NCBI GenBank assembly: GCA_029555085.1
Contig: JAKPTO010000038.1
Coordinates: 1-29,635 of the forward strand
Direction: 5' to 3'
Source: a bacterium
GTDB taxonomy: Bacteria > Patescibacteriota > Patescibacteriia > UBA1558 > S5-K13
Length of the DNA stretch: 29,635 bases
Shown here: one piece after another, positions 9,523-18,097 of the stretch
How positions within the stretch are numbered: the stretch's first letter is position 1
Layout of the letters: each line of letters begins with the position of its first letter
Made by a program: the position numbers and the translations under genes
The notes under the pieces: model-generated
Seen by the model: only the letters and a program-made list of their open reading frames with translations
Database searches by the model: none
What the model was told of the DNA's origin: nothing

Positions 9523-9864
9523 ATGAAACAGTTTTTAGCATATGATGGTATAAACAATCATTGGGAATTGTTTAATACAATTGAAGAAGCTCGAGATTAT
9601 TTAGAAGAAATATTTCTAGATCCAAATAATGATAGTTATCATCCGGATTTGGCCAGTTGTAAAATTTATCAACTTGTCGAAACTGTGGAATATGAAATAA
9701 TTGATAGTAAAAAAAATTATAAATATTTTCATGATGATGATATACCAATTGATGCTGAAGATCATGAAATATGGCCTTATGATGATATGTTTGACGAATT
9801 ATGGCAACATAAGTTCGTTCCTATAGCGCAAAAAGAAATGAACGACAAAAAAATCGAAAAATGA
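9523..9864 (+). CDS. hypothetical acidic protein
   Basis: 113-aa ORF. Confidence 0.7.
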   Translation: MKQFLAYDGINNHWELFNTIEEARDYLEEIFLDPNNDSYHPDLASCKIYQLVETVEYEIIDSKKNYKYFHDDDIPIDAEDHEIWPYDDMFDELWQHKFVPIAQKEMNDKKIEK

Positions 9865-10139
9865 ACAAAAGACAAAACGCTTATTTTTGTAGAAAATGTA
9901 AAAAAGCAACGATCACTATTGATGTACATGAAGGAACAACACCAATGTTTATATCATGTCCTAGTTGTGGTGGTGATGCAATATCTTTTATGTATCAATT
10001 ACCACGAATATTACTTATGGAAGAACCCGAATATGAATGGTACATGCCAGATGTAAATGAAACTAATGTTCTTTCTAATCAAGAAAAAGAACATGTATTA
10101 AATGGTGGTTTGTTATTAAGAAAACGCACAAAAATATAA
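9861..10139 (+). CDS. zinc-ribbon hypothetical protein
   Basis: CRKC...CPSC pairs. Confidence 0.7.
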   Translation: MNKRQNAYFCRKCKKATITIDVHEGTTPMFISCPSCGGDAISFMYQLPRILLMEEPEYEWYMPDVNETNVLSNQEKEHVLNGGLLLRKRTKI

Positions 10140-10143
10140 TAAC

Positions 10144-10353
10144 ATGGAAAAATTGATACAAAATTTTATAACACATAGAGAACAAACAATAGAGGAGTTA
10201 GCAATAACACACCCTGATTTTGTTTTTGATCTTAATAATCTTTTCGAAAATCAAAAAAAAGTGATGAAAAAGAAATTAAAAGATGAGTTTAAGAAAGGTA
10301 TTGAAGATGGAAAAATAATTGGTCAATATGGATCTGTAAGTTATATTGAATAA
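10144..10353 (+). CDS. hypothetical protein
   Basis: 69-aa ORF in operon-like packing. Confidence 0.65.
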   Translation: MEKLIQNFITHREQTIEELAITHPDFVFDLNNLFENQKKVMKKKLKDEFKKGIEDGKIIGQYGSVSYIE

Positions 10354-10365
10354 ATAAAAAACATC

Positions 10366-11007
10366 ATGGAAAATTTACAAAAATATTTAAAACACCTCCC
10401 AACATGTTGGACACAACAAGACTATAGAGAATTGGATGATGCATTAGCGCACACACCAGACATTTTCAGAGATGAGAATTGGTTAAAATTTTATGAAGAT
10501 GTAACAAAAAAACGCAACACATGTAATTGTGGTTATGATGAAACTATTGGTTATTATTATCCACTTCCTTTTATTGAATGGTTCAGAACGATAGAATTTT
10601 ATAATATATTCAATGAAGAACTTCATGTAAATGGAATGGTGTGGACTACTGATGACGGAAAAAAATTTACTACAGTTAAAGAAATATATGAGTTCTGGCG
10701 GGAACTAGGTTATGATAAACCAGTAGTGAAAAATTCTGAGTCACAACCCGAAGAATCTGAAATAGTAAAACCATATATGACAGTAATTATCAAATTACAT
10801 CCCAAACAACAAAATCCACAAACTGCCCAATGGTACATGACAACCAATGGTCAAAAGATGTTAACTAATGGACCGGTGGTTGTTATTCACACAAATAATT
10901 TAAACTATATATTAGATGATATAGACCTTCGGGAAATAATAGATATTAAAATAGAACGAAAAAGATGTGATTATCAAGAAAATATAAATTCACCTTTAAA
11001 AGATTAA
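10366..11007 (+). CDS. hypothetical protein
   Basis: 213-aa ORF. Confidence 0.7.
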   Translation: MENLQKYLKHLPTCWTQQDYRELDDALAHTPDIFRDENWLKFYEDVTKKRNTCNCGYDETIGYYYPLPFIEWFRTIEFYNIFNEELHVNGMVWTTDDGKKFTTVKEIYEFWRELGYDKPVVKNSESQPEESEIVKPYMTVIIKLHPKQQNPQTAQWYMTTNGQKMLTNGPVVVIHTNNLNYILDDIDLREIIDIKIERKRCDYQENINSPLKD

Positions 11008-11016
11008 TTTTTAAAT

Positions 11017-11412
11017 ATGAAATTTTATAGATATGAAACTGTTCAATATGCTGAACACGATTTTGATGGTGATTTTATGAGACCGTCATTTCCCAATCCG
11101 ACATTAGAATGTCGTGAATATGTTTTAATTAAAGAAACACCAAAAGGTTATTGGATTGGTTTTTATTCTTATAAACCGCCATACGATAATTGGAAGTATA
11201 TTTGGAAAAAATGGGTGAGCAAGACATCAAAAAAAAGGTTTGCTTATCCTTCACGAGAAGAGGCTTTAAACAATTATATTAAACGAACTGAAAGACGAAT
11301 TAAAATTTTGGAGTGGAATTTAGAATTATGTAAGGGAGGTTTAGAAAAGGCAAAAATTAAAGAAATACAAATTCAAAATGAATATAAATTAAAATCACAA
11401 AACGAAATTTGA
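11017..11412 (+). CDS. hypothetical phage protein
   Basis: 131 aa; KETPKGYWI...KWVSKTSKKRFAYPSREEAL motif of a type common in phage ORFs. Confidence 0.75.
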   Translation: MKFYRYETVQYAEHDFDGDFMRPSFPNPTLECREYVLIKETPKGYWIGFYSYKPPYDNWKYIWKKWVSKTSKKRFAYPSREEALNNYIKRTERRIKILEWNLELCKGGLEKAKIKEIQIQNEYKLKSQNEI

Positions 11413-11433
11413 AATTATTTATAAAAAAAAAAC

Positions 11434-11640
11434 ATGGAAGTAGTTAAAGTTTATTCACCAGTAGAAGACAAAAAAATTCGTGAAAATCTTGGGAAATCAC
11501 CAATTTGGAGTGGTCAGCGTTATCATATTGATGAACTTGCTGAAGCAAAGAAAAAACATTCTGTACTTTTTGAATATACATTTAAATTCGATGGACTCAA
11601 GGTCGTTCAATTCACAGGTATGAAAAAAATTACAAAATGA
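11434..11640 (+). CDS. hypothetical protein
   Basis: 68-aa ORF. Confidence 0.65.
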   Translation: MEVVKVYSPVEDKKIRENLGKSPIWSGQRYHIDELAEAKKKHSVLFEYTFKFDGLKVVQFTGMKKITK

Positions 11641-11804
11641 AATTAACTGCGATATTTTTTAAAGATGGTTATGGGTGGTTTAGAATTCTCGGTAAGGGGC
11701 TGTATTGGAAAGACATTAATCGTCATCCATTAATTTTTAGTGAACAATATGGATTTAAAAAAGTATTTACCATTGGAAAATGGAGAATTGGATTATTAAA
11801 ATAA
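11637..11804 (+). CDS. small hypothetical protein (55 aa, not in the ORF track)
   Basis: ATGA overlap with the previous stop; MKLTAIFFKDGYGWFRILGKGLYWKDINRHPLIFSEQYGFKKVFTIGKWRIGLLK*. Confidence 0.65.
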   Translation: MKLTAIFFKDGYGWFRILGKGLYWKDINRHPLIFSEQYGFKKVFTIGKWRIGLLK

Positions 11805-11836
11805 AAAATAAAATTGATTTTTTTTTTTCAAAAATA

Positions 11837-11868
11837 TTTGGTAATTTAAAAAACATTACTTATATTTG
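11837..11868 (+). promoter_or_regulatory. Bacteroidota sigma70-type promoter (-33/-7)
   Basis: TTTG 11837-11840, 20-nt spacer, TATATTTG 11861-11868. Confidence 0.8.
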
Positions 11869-11904
11869 TATTCTGAACATAACAATAAACATAAACTTCT
11901 CATC

Positions 11905-12843
11905 ATGAAAAAGAACTCACTCACACCGAACAAAGGATTAAGTCTTTCACAGGCACAATCAATCTCTAATCTTTGTTATCAAAAATCAATTGAAATCACT
12001 AAGAAATTTGAATCAATTAATAATGCCACCAAAATAGTTGAAATCGAAGGAAAGGGGGAGGTTGAAATAGTTAAAGGTCGTCCAATCCCATCTAATGTCG
12101 TTGATCTCATTAAAGAGAAAGCCGAACTTCATGCTTGCCAAGCATTTCTTATGGAAAATATTAAGGCAAAAGATGAGATGCTTTTAAATGCAAAAAACGC
12201 AACCGTTGATCTTAGTGGTATTGAAATTCCTGAACCGTGGGTAAATGAAGATCCGGTAATACTTCCCCCGGTAAACGAGGATTGGGGTTGGGAACAATTA
12301 TCTGTTTCTGAGATAAATGAATTTATTGAAGCAGAGGCTTATGCCGCACATATAGGACAATTTATTCATGGTGGATCGGTTCTTAATGAGTTAAGAGAAG
12401 AACTTCCTAATATACCTGACATTGAATGGATGGTTATTAAAGATGGTGAAAAGAGTCCGGTTATGATTAAAATTCATCACACTTCTGAACAACTTTTACA
12501 TATTCATGAACAACTAGCCGAGTTACACCGTGTTTACGAACAAAAGGTGAATTACTTTAAAGCTAAAGTTAAAAATTTGGTGACTAAAGAAAATGCTCGG
12601 ATTGCAAAAATTAATGCTGATGCTCAGGCTAATGCTGAAAAGATCAATAAAGATAGATATGAGAAATATGAGGTCGAATATGCAAAGGCAACTGAAAAGA
12701 TGAAGACAGCTAAAGCTAAGTTTGAACAAGAACGTCAGCGGGCTATCGAAGAAATCGCATCGATGAGAATAGAAGTTGATCCAAGATTTGTGAAAACTAT
12801 TGATATGTTTTTGGGTAATTCCCCCGGTCCTGGTTGTGTATAA
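11905..12843 (+). CDS. long alpha-helical/coiled-coil protein of unknown function
   Basis: Start moved to ATG 11905 because the TTG at 11866 lies inside the promoter -7 box. Long E/K/A-rich helical segments, especially in the C-terminal third. Confidence 0.85.
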   Translation: MKKNSLTPNKGLSLSQAQSISNLCYQKSIEITKKFESINNATKIVEIEGKGEVEIVKGRPIPSNVVDLIKEKAELHACQAFLMENIKAKDEMLLNAKNATVDLSGIEIPEPWVNEDPVILPPVNEDWGWEQLSVSEINEFIEAEAYAAHIGQFIHGGSVLNELREELPNIPDIEWMVIKDGEKSPVMIKIHHTSEQLLHIHEQLAELHRVYEQKVNYFKAKVKNLVTKENARIAKINADAQANAEKINKDRYEKYEVEYAKATEKMKTAKAKFEQERQRAIEEIASMRIEVDPRFVKTIDMFLGNSPGPGCV

Positions 12844-12844
12844 A

Positions 12845-13121
12845 AAAAAAATAAGGTGAAAGAAAGACAGAGCATGAGCCGAAGTTTTTCTTTCTTTATA
12901 CTTAGTGGTGTGGTTCTTTAAAATGTAACCTTTAGTTCTTCATCTAAGAATGATAGGCTAGAAGTTTATCAAATGGAAGTTAACGCCTCTTCCACAAATT
13001 AAGTTTTTTATTTTTTTAAGACTTAGTTTTTGTCTTTGTCATTGTGTGGAAGAGGGTCTTTGACCTTGACTTGGATTTTAACTGAGGCTATATACCACAT
13101 CACTAGGTGACTTATTTTTTT
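12845..13121 (+). ncRNA. candidate large structured ncRNA (family not recognised)
   Basis: Nested stems found by hand: 12845-12855/13111-13121 (11 bp), 12859-12867/12889-12897 (9 bp), 12900-12914/13094-13108 (15 bp, 2 G-U), 12978-12983/13078-13083, 12986-12996/13045-13055 (11 bp perfect), 12997-13007/13018-13028. G-U pairs favour the + strand. Confidence 0.75.
13029..13076 (+). repeat. degenerate hexamer repeats (consensus near YTTGWC) in two tracts
   Basis: TTTGTC TTTGTC ATTGTG at 13029-13046 and GTC TTTGAC CTTGAC TTGGAT at 13056-13076. Confidence 0.65.
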
Positions 13122-13136
13122 CATAAAAAAGTTAAC

Positions 13137-14111
13137 ATGCTAGAAAAGAGAAAAATAAAAGAATATGAAGAATTGGAAACCGTTGCTCTTACATGTAATG
13201 AAGAATATGTTTCCGATACATGTCAATGGGTTGTAGATGACAACAGTTTTTTTAGTATCGGTAAAACAATTCAACAACTTCCGCCAGGATTTTACAGTTA
13301 TATTTTTGATCATTCAATCAATAAAATTCGTTTAACAAGGATAAAAGTCATTACTGATAATATTCTTACTTTACCTGATCCCGTACTCAACAATATTTTA
13401 CTTGATTTTCAAAAATTCTGGGAGAATAGAGAGCGTTATCAAAAATATGAATTCGTCTATAAACGAGCATATTTAATGTATGGACCGCCAGGATGTGGTA
13501 AAACATCCTTAATTGCCTTATTATCCAAAGAATTAATAAAAAGAAATGGTGTTATCTTAAATATTAATACTGTCGATCAAATTGAGCTATATGACCGGGT
13601 AATTAAAGATATAAGAGACATTGAAAAAGAAAAGCCACTAATTGTTATTATTGAGGATATTGACGGATATACCGAATTTGGAAATATTTCAAGATTATTG
13701 AACATTTTAGATGGTACATATCAAACCGATAATGTAATTATAATTGCAACAACAAATTATCCGGAAAGGCTTGAAGAAAGATTTTCATCAAGGCCATCAA
13801 GATTTGATGTTCGTGTGCTTATTGATGTACCCTCACCAGAAGTTAGAGAATTTTATATAAAATCAAAACTTAAGCCAGAAGATCTTGCAAGAATCGATAT
13901 AAATGAATGGATAAGAAATACTGAAGGTTTTACTCTCGATCATCTTAAGGAATTAATATTGTTAACGTTTGTTTTGGATAATCCATTTGATGATTCACTC
14001 ATTCAAGTAAAAGAAATGATAAAAAATGTGAAAATAAAGAATGTTACAATTAAACGAGGATTACCTACACCCGTTGGATTTTCAAATCAGAATGAAAAAA
14101 TAAAACAATAA
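13137..14111 (+). CDS. AAA+ ATPase (classical AAA clade)
   Basis: YGPPGCGKT, IIEDID, LLNILDG, ATTNYPERL and SRPSRFD. Start moved to ATG 13137 because the GTG at 13107 lies in the RNA stem. Confidence 0.9.
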   Translation: MLEKRKIKEYEELETVALTCNEEYVSDTCQWVVDDNSFFSIGKTIQQLPPGFYSYIFDHSINKIRLTRIKVITDNILTLPDPVLNNILLDFQKFWENRERYQKYEFVYKRAYLMYGPPGCGKTSLIALLSKELIKRNGVILNINTVDQIELYDRVIKDIRDIEKEKPLIVIIEDIDGYTEFGNISRLLNILDGTYQTDNVIIIATTNYPERLEERFSSRPSRFDVRVLIDVPSPEVREFYIKSKLKPEDLARIDINEWIRNTEGFTLDHLKELILLTFVLDNPFDDSLIQVKEMIKNVKIKNVTIKRGLPTPVGFSNQNEKIKQ

Positions 14112-14115
14112 AATT

Positions 14116-14457
14116 ATGGCATTTGTATATTGTAAAAAATGTGGTTGGGATCAGGACGATTTTTGGTATTTTAAAATTCAATGGAAAAAAATATTCAAAT
14201 GGTCGTCTCGTCCGCTTGGATATAATCCATTGTCTCTAGTTTTGGAAGATATTGCAATATGGGGGAAACCAAGATATATTAATCTTGACGTTGGACGAAC
14301 ACATTCGTGGAAATTACTTATATTTGATGTTAAAAGACATTTAAAATTATTATTTACTCAAAAATGGTGGACAGAACACTCGTTTACAAAAGATTATTTT
14401 CGAAAAAAAGCAAAATGTCCCAATTGTGGTTCAACTGACGATTTTATTATTGATTAA
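14116..14457 (+). CDS. zinc-binding hypothetical protein
   Basis: CKKCGWDQDDFW...CPNCG. Confidence 0.7.
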   Translation: MAFVYCKKCGWDQDDFWYFKIQWKKIFKWSSRPLGYNPLSLVLEDIAIWGKPRYINLDVGRTHSWKLLIFDVKRHLKLLFTQKWWTEHSFTKDYFRKKAKCPNCGSTDDFIID

Positions 14458-14469
14458 AATAATGTAAAA

Positions 14470-14847
14470 ATGAATGAAGAAAAATTGGTAACATTTAATA
14501 CTGCAAAATTAGCCAAAGAAAAAGGCTTTAATGTGAGCTGTTTATGGTGGTATCATTTGGATACTCGTAATTGTTACCCATTACATGATGTGAATAGAGT
14601 GAGAGAAAAATTTCATGGAAAAAATATTCATGCACCAACACAATCATTTTTACAAAAATGGTTAAGAGAAAAACATAATATTAATGTGTTAGTACAGGAG
14701 TCAAATATTTCTGATTTATATAAATGTATGATTGGTAAAAAAGATCGTAGGAAAGATATTTCTACTGATACTTTATATACATCTGATTATAAAACGTATG
14801 AAGATGCAATTGAAAAAGGGTTATATTTTGCATTAAAAATGATATGA
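14470..14847 (+). CDS. hypothetical phage protein
   Basis: VTFNTAKLAKEKGF...APTQSFLQKWLREKHNI...TYEDAIEKGL; a pattern familiar from Bacteroidota phage ORFs. Confidence 0.8.
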   Translation: MNEEKLVTFNTAKLAKEKGFNVSCLWWYHLDTRNCYPLHDVNRVREKFHGKNIHAPTQSFLQKWLREKHNINVLVQESNISDLYKCMIGKKDRRKDISTDTLYTSDYKTYEDAIEKGLYFALKMI

Positions 14848-15260
14848 AACAAAATTTTCTTAATCGAATTGAAGAGTTTGGAAAACCCATGTTTGATTTA
14901 TTGTTCGATTTAGAAGACGAACAATTAAAAAAAATAATTTTTAACATCCTCGGAACTGATTTGATGGAATGGGTAAAGCAGGGTACAGTTATAAAGACAA
15001 TTATAAATAACATACCATCAAAAATTGAAATTTGTCGACATAATTGTATTGAAATCAATTATTTTGGTATTTTATACGTTCCTAAAAACGGACGTAAAAT
15101 AGTTTTGAAAGAATTTGATAATGACTTTAAATTACTAAACAAATTATTTGCCGAAGATTGTCGATATTTTGATGAAGCACAAGGAAGAAATAAATGTACA
15201 CATAGAGAAGTGAATATAAAAAGATGTTTAGGTATTTGTGAAAAATTTGAACAAAAATGA
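14844..15260 (+). CDS. hypothetical protein
   Basis: 138 aa, ATGA overlaps on both sides. Confidence 0.7.
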   Translation: MKQNFLNRIEEFGKPMFDLLFDLEDEQLKKIIFNILGTDLMEWVKQGTVIKTIINNIPSKIEICRHNCIEINYFGILYVPKNGRKIVLKEFDNDFKLLNKLFAEDCRYFDEAQGRNKCTHREVNIKRCLGICEKFEQK

Positions 15261-15463
15261 AAACAACACATTTTATTTTATTGATAATTTTTTTAAATCT
15301 TGTGGTTTTTATACCGATCGGTTTATTTTTACCAGCAATACCTACAGAATATAAATCCATTGGTTTTTTTTTAGTGGTATTATTAACAATAATGATGTGT
15401 GTATTAAATATAACATTAAGCGTAATTCATAAAAGACATGGAGATAACAAACGAAATATGTGA
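15257..15463 (+). CDS. small two-TM membrane protein
   Basis: Two hydrophobic segments and a basic tail. Confidence 0.65.
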   Translation: MKTTHFILLIIFLNLVVFIPIGLFLPAIPTEYKSIGFFLVVLLTIMMCVLNITLSVIHKRHGDNKRNM

Positions 15464-15770
15464 TATTCAAAAGTTACAAACCAGAATAGAAAAATGGTGT
15501 AACGATTCGTTCGGTCAATACCGAATTAGTACGTCTATCATTCATAATCTTAAACCAGAAATTGATAAACTCAATAAGGATTTAAAATCGTTGCATCAAG
15601 GCGTTTATTCTTATGACAATGAAATAGCATTGAAAATTTTAAGAGAAAAAAAAGATAAGATTTTAAATGGATTTGCTGAATGTTTTATGTTATTATTTGA
15701 CGCAGCAGCACGTGAACAAATCAACATCCAAATGTTATATGATACAATTGATAAAAAAATTAACACATGA
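15438..15770 (+). CDS. DUF550/MazG-like all-alpha NTP pyrophosphohydrolase-like protein (possibly degenerate)
   Basis: WCNDSFG...IHNLKPEI...FAECFMLLFDAAAREQI...DKKI resembles the DUF550 pattern W...FG...HLxxE...ExAD...LLxDAxxRxG. Confidence 0.5.
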   Translation: MEITNEICDIQKLQTRIEKWCNDSFGQYRISTSIIHNLKPEIDKLNKDLKSLHQGVYSYDNEIALKILREKKDKILNGFAECFMLLFDAAAREQINIQMLYDTIDKKINT

Positions 15771-16111
15771 AAATAGATTTTATACATAAAATTAAAGGTT
15801 TTGGTCACTATCCGTCTGAATATAGAATTTGTATTTGTACAGAAAATAACATGACGTATATATGTTTTATTGATCTTGATATTGGTGTTTCAGTAACAAA
15901 TGCATCAGAACATCTTGCAACTGAAATTGTTGGAAAACTTAAATTAGATCCATTATATTGTCGTTTTTTTGAAACATACAGCTATCAGAATCAAGAAACA
16001 CTTGATGAGATCAAATATGATTGGAAAAAAGTGGGGGGAGATTGGGTTGCTGTAAATCCACAATGGAGCTTTAAAACTAATGATGACATAAAAAAATTAT
16101 TTTTTACATAA
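15767..16111 (+). CDS. hypothetical protein
   Basis: 114 aa; GVSVTNASEHLATEI motif. Confidence 0.75.
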   Translation: MKIDFIHKIKGFGHYPSEYRICICTENNMTYICFIDLDIGVSVTNASEHLATEIVGKLKLDPLYCRFFETYSYQNQETLDEIKYDWKKVGGDWVAVNPQWSFKTNDDIKKLFFT

Positions 16112-16127
16112 AAATTATACCAAAAAA

Positions 16128-16159
16128 TTTGGTTATTTAATATAAAGTTTTTATCTTTG
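16128..16159 (+). promoter_or_regulatory. Bacteroidota sigma70-type promoter (-33/-7)
   Basis: TTTG 16128-16131, 20-nt spacer, TATCTTTG 16152-16159. Confidence 0.8.
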
Positions 16160-16182
16160 CATAGTAAGAAAATGCAAAAGAA

Positions 16183-16515
16183 ATGAAAAAACCAACAAAA
16201 ATACAGATTAAAGGATTTGTAAGGTTAAAATTGGCAACAGATCCGGTATGGGCGGCAAAAGCACTCATTAGGATATACCAGTGCCAAACTCTTGACGAAC
16301 AAAACTCTTTATCTACTAAGCATTATAATGGTATTGGCTTTACTGGTGTTGATGGAAAAATTCTTTCCTCTATCGCAAAACAATTATTAAGATATGGAAG
16401 AATTTCAGATAAACAAATGAATATAGTATTAAAAAAGATGCCAAAATATTGGAGTCAAATTATCGAACTATCAGATAGAGAAAAACTCTTATCTTTAATA
16501 CCGACTGAAATATGA
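16183..16515 (+). CDS. conserved phage hypothetical protein
   Basis: ALIRIYQCQTLDEQ...NGIGFTGVDGKILSSIAKQ...SDKQ motif set. Confidence 0.8.
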   Translation: MKKPTKIQIKGFVRLKLATDPVWAAKALIRIYQCQTLDEQNSLSTKHYNGIGFTGVDGKILSSIAKQLLRYGRISDKQMNIVLKKMPKYWSQIIELSDREKLLSLIPTEI

Positions 16516-16958
16516 AAATGAGAGTTAAACCATCACAATGGGCTAATATATTGTGGTTTATATTGGCAATTATAGGCGCCGGTCAATTTTCATACACAGG
16601 CCAATATTTTTATCTTTTACTGGTTATTTGGTGGTTATGGAAGTTTGCAGTAATCGAATGTTGGGTATTTATATTTGACGAGAATAGTGAAACCATTGTC
16701 GAAAGAAAAGGTGTTTTTTATGTTCGAAAAGTGGAAATACAATATTTCAGAATAAAATCAATAAGAGTTATGAAACCATTGTGGCAAAGGATTTTTGGTT
16801 TATCAACAGTTCAAATAATAACATCAGAACCATTTAAACCATTTCTTACTGTTTATGCAATTTCTAATGGTGAGGAAATAGCTCGACATTGCAAGGAGAT
16901 GGCGGTTTACTGGAGACAACAAAAAGGTGTCAAAGAAACTGACTTTCACCATTTTTAA
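16512..16958 (+). CDS. membrane protein with bacterial PH domain (bPH_2/YdbS-like)
   Basis: Two N-terminal TM segments, then RKGVF...EIQYFRIKSIRVMKPLWQRIFGLSTVQIITS. Confidence 0.8.
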   Translation: MKMRVKPSQWANILWFILAIIGAGQFSYTGQYFYLLLVIWWLWKFAVIECWVFIFDENSETIVERKGVFYVRKVEIQYFRIKSIRVMKPLWQRIFGLSTVQIITSEPFKPFLTVYAISNGEEIARHCKEMAVYWRQQKGVKETDFHHF

Positions 16959-16973
16959 ATGTTATTTATTAAT

Positions 16974-17159
16974 ATGAAAAATGAAACAAATGAAGTTGTA
17001 ATTTTAAAACCAAAAGAACTTAGTCAAGAAGAAAATAAAATATCGGAATGTAAATACAATAAAATATGGAAATGTTCCCACCCAAAACAATGGGGAATAA
17101 AATGTGTAAAAATGTGTGAATATTATGAATCCTTGTTTGAATTTATTCAAAAAAAATAA
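16974..17159 (+). CDS. small Cys-rich hypothetical protein
   Basis: ATG at 16974 preferred over the TTA/ATG upstream extension; four Cys. Confidence 0.5.
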   Translation: MKNETNEVVILKPKELSQEENKISECKYNKIWKCSHPKQWGIKCVKMCEYYESLFEFIQKK

Positions 17160-17955
17160 TATTGCAACGCCAGTGCCTATTGAGAAACCTCAACCAACAC
17201 CAACAATGTCATCCACTACAATACCTGATGTTCCAATTAATATTTGGGAAGATTTAAAACCATTGAATTTGAGTAAAATACAATGGTATATATATCCGGA
17301 AAATAAATATTTCAAAAACGAATATCAAAAAAAACAAATTGTTCTTCATCATACGGTATCTGGTCCACATATTGATGGTGATGTAAATTCATGGATACGA
17401 AATAAACATAATGTTGGGACTACAATAATTGTTGATCGGGATGGTACACCGTGGCAATTATTCAGTAGTAAATATTGGGCATATCATCTTGGTATTGGCA
17501 CAAATAGTCACTATCTTGACAAACATTCTATAGGTATTGAACTTGACAATTGGGGTGGTCTAACCAAAGGAAGTGGTTCACTTAAATTCTTCAAAACCAA
17601 AAAATATAAGTTGGGTAAATGGAATCTGAAAGGAACTGACACAAATAAATATTATAATGATTATGGTGGGGTGGTTGATACCCCAATACAATATTATCCA
17701 GAAGGCTTTAGGGGATATTATTATTTTGAAAAATATACTGAAAAACAAATAAGAACCGTTGGTGAATTATTGTTGCTTTGGAGAGATAGATATGGTATTC
17801 CTCTCACATTTAATGAAGATATGTTTGAGTTTTCATCAGATGCGATAGATGGTAAACCCGGTGTCTGGACACATGTTAGTTTCAGGAAAGACAAATCTGA
17901 TTGTCACCCACAACCCGAATTGATTGATATGTTAAAAACAATTCAAAATTTATGA
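17125..17955 (+). CDS. N-acetylmuramoyl-L-alanine amidase (Amidase_2), candidate endolysin
   Basis: IVLHHT, WAYHLG, SIGIELDN and WTHVSFRKDKSDCHP zinc-amidase motifs; Pro/Thr-rich N-terminal linker. Confidence 0.85.
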   Translation: MNPCLNLFKKNNIATPVPIEKPQPTPTMSSTTIPDVPINIWEDLKPLNLSKIQWYIYPENKYFKNEYQKKQIVLHHTVSGPHIDGDVNSWIRNKHNVGTTIIVDRDGTPWQLFSSKYWAYHLGIGTNSHYLDKHSIGIELDNWGGLTKGSGSLKFFKTKKYKLGKWNLKGTDTNKYYNDYGGVVDTPIQYYPEGFRGYYYFEKYTEKQIRTVGELLLLWRDRYGIPLTFNEDMFEFSSDAIDGKPGVWTHVSFRKDKSDCHPQPELIDMLKTIQNL

Positions 17956-18016
17956 TTAATCTGCGGGAAAACCCACTTCTTTAGTTGTGGGATGAAAGCA
18001 GCCTTTAAAAAAAGAT

Positions 18017-18049
18017 TTTGTTTTTTAAAATATTTTTAATGTATTTTTG
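18017..18049 (+). promoter_or_regulatory. Bacteroidota-type promoter inside the IS left end
   Basis: TTTG 18017-18020, 21-nt spacer, TATTTTTG 18042-18049. Confidence 0.6.
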
Positions 18050-18097
18050 TAAAAATTAGTTTAGCGACTATTTAACCACCGATAAAGAACATAAAAT

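Noticed and set aside
11866-11904. Listed TTG start of the coiled-coil gene (and likewise the listed starts at 13107, 23339 and 23631)
   Set aside because: These starts fall inside a promoter box, an RNA stem or the upstream gene; downstream ATGs with A-rich leaders are more plausible.
12845-13121. Simple rho-independent terminator, tRNA or retron msr-msd as the explanation for this region
   Set aside because: It is far larger and more nested than a terminator, has no cloverleaf or T-loop motif, and no reverse transcriptase lies nearby.
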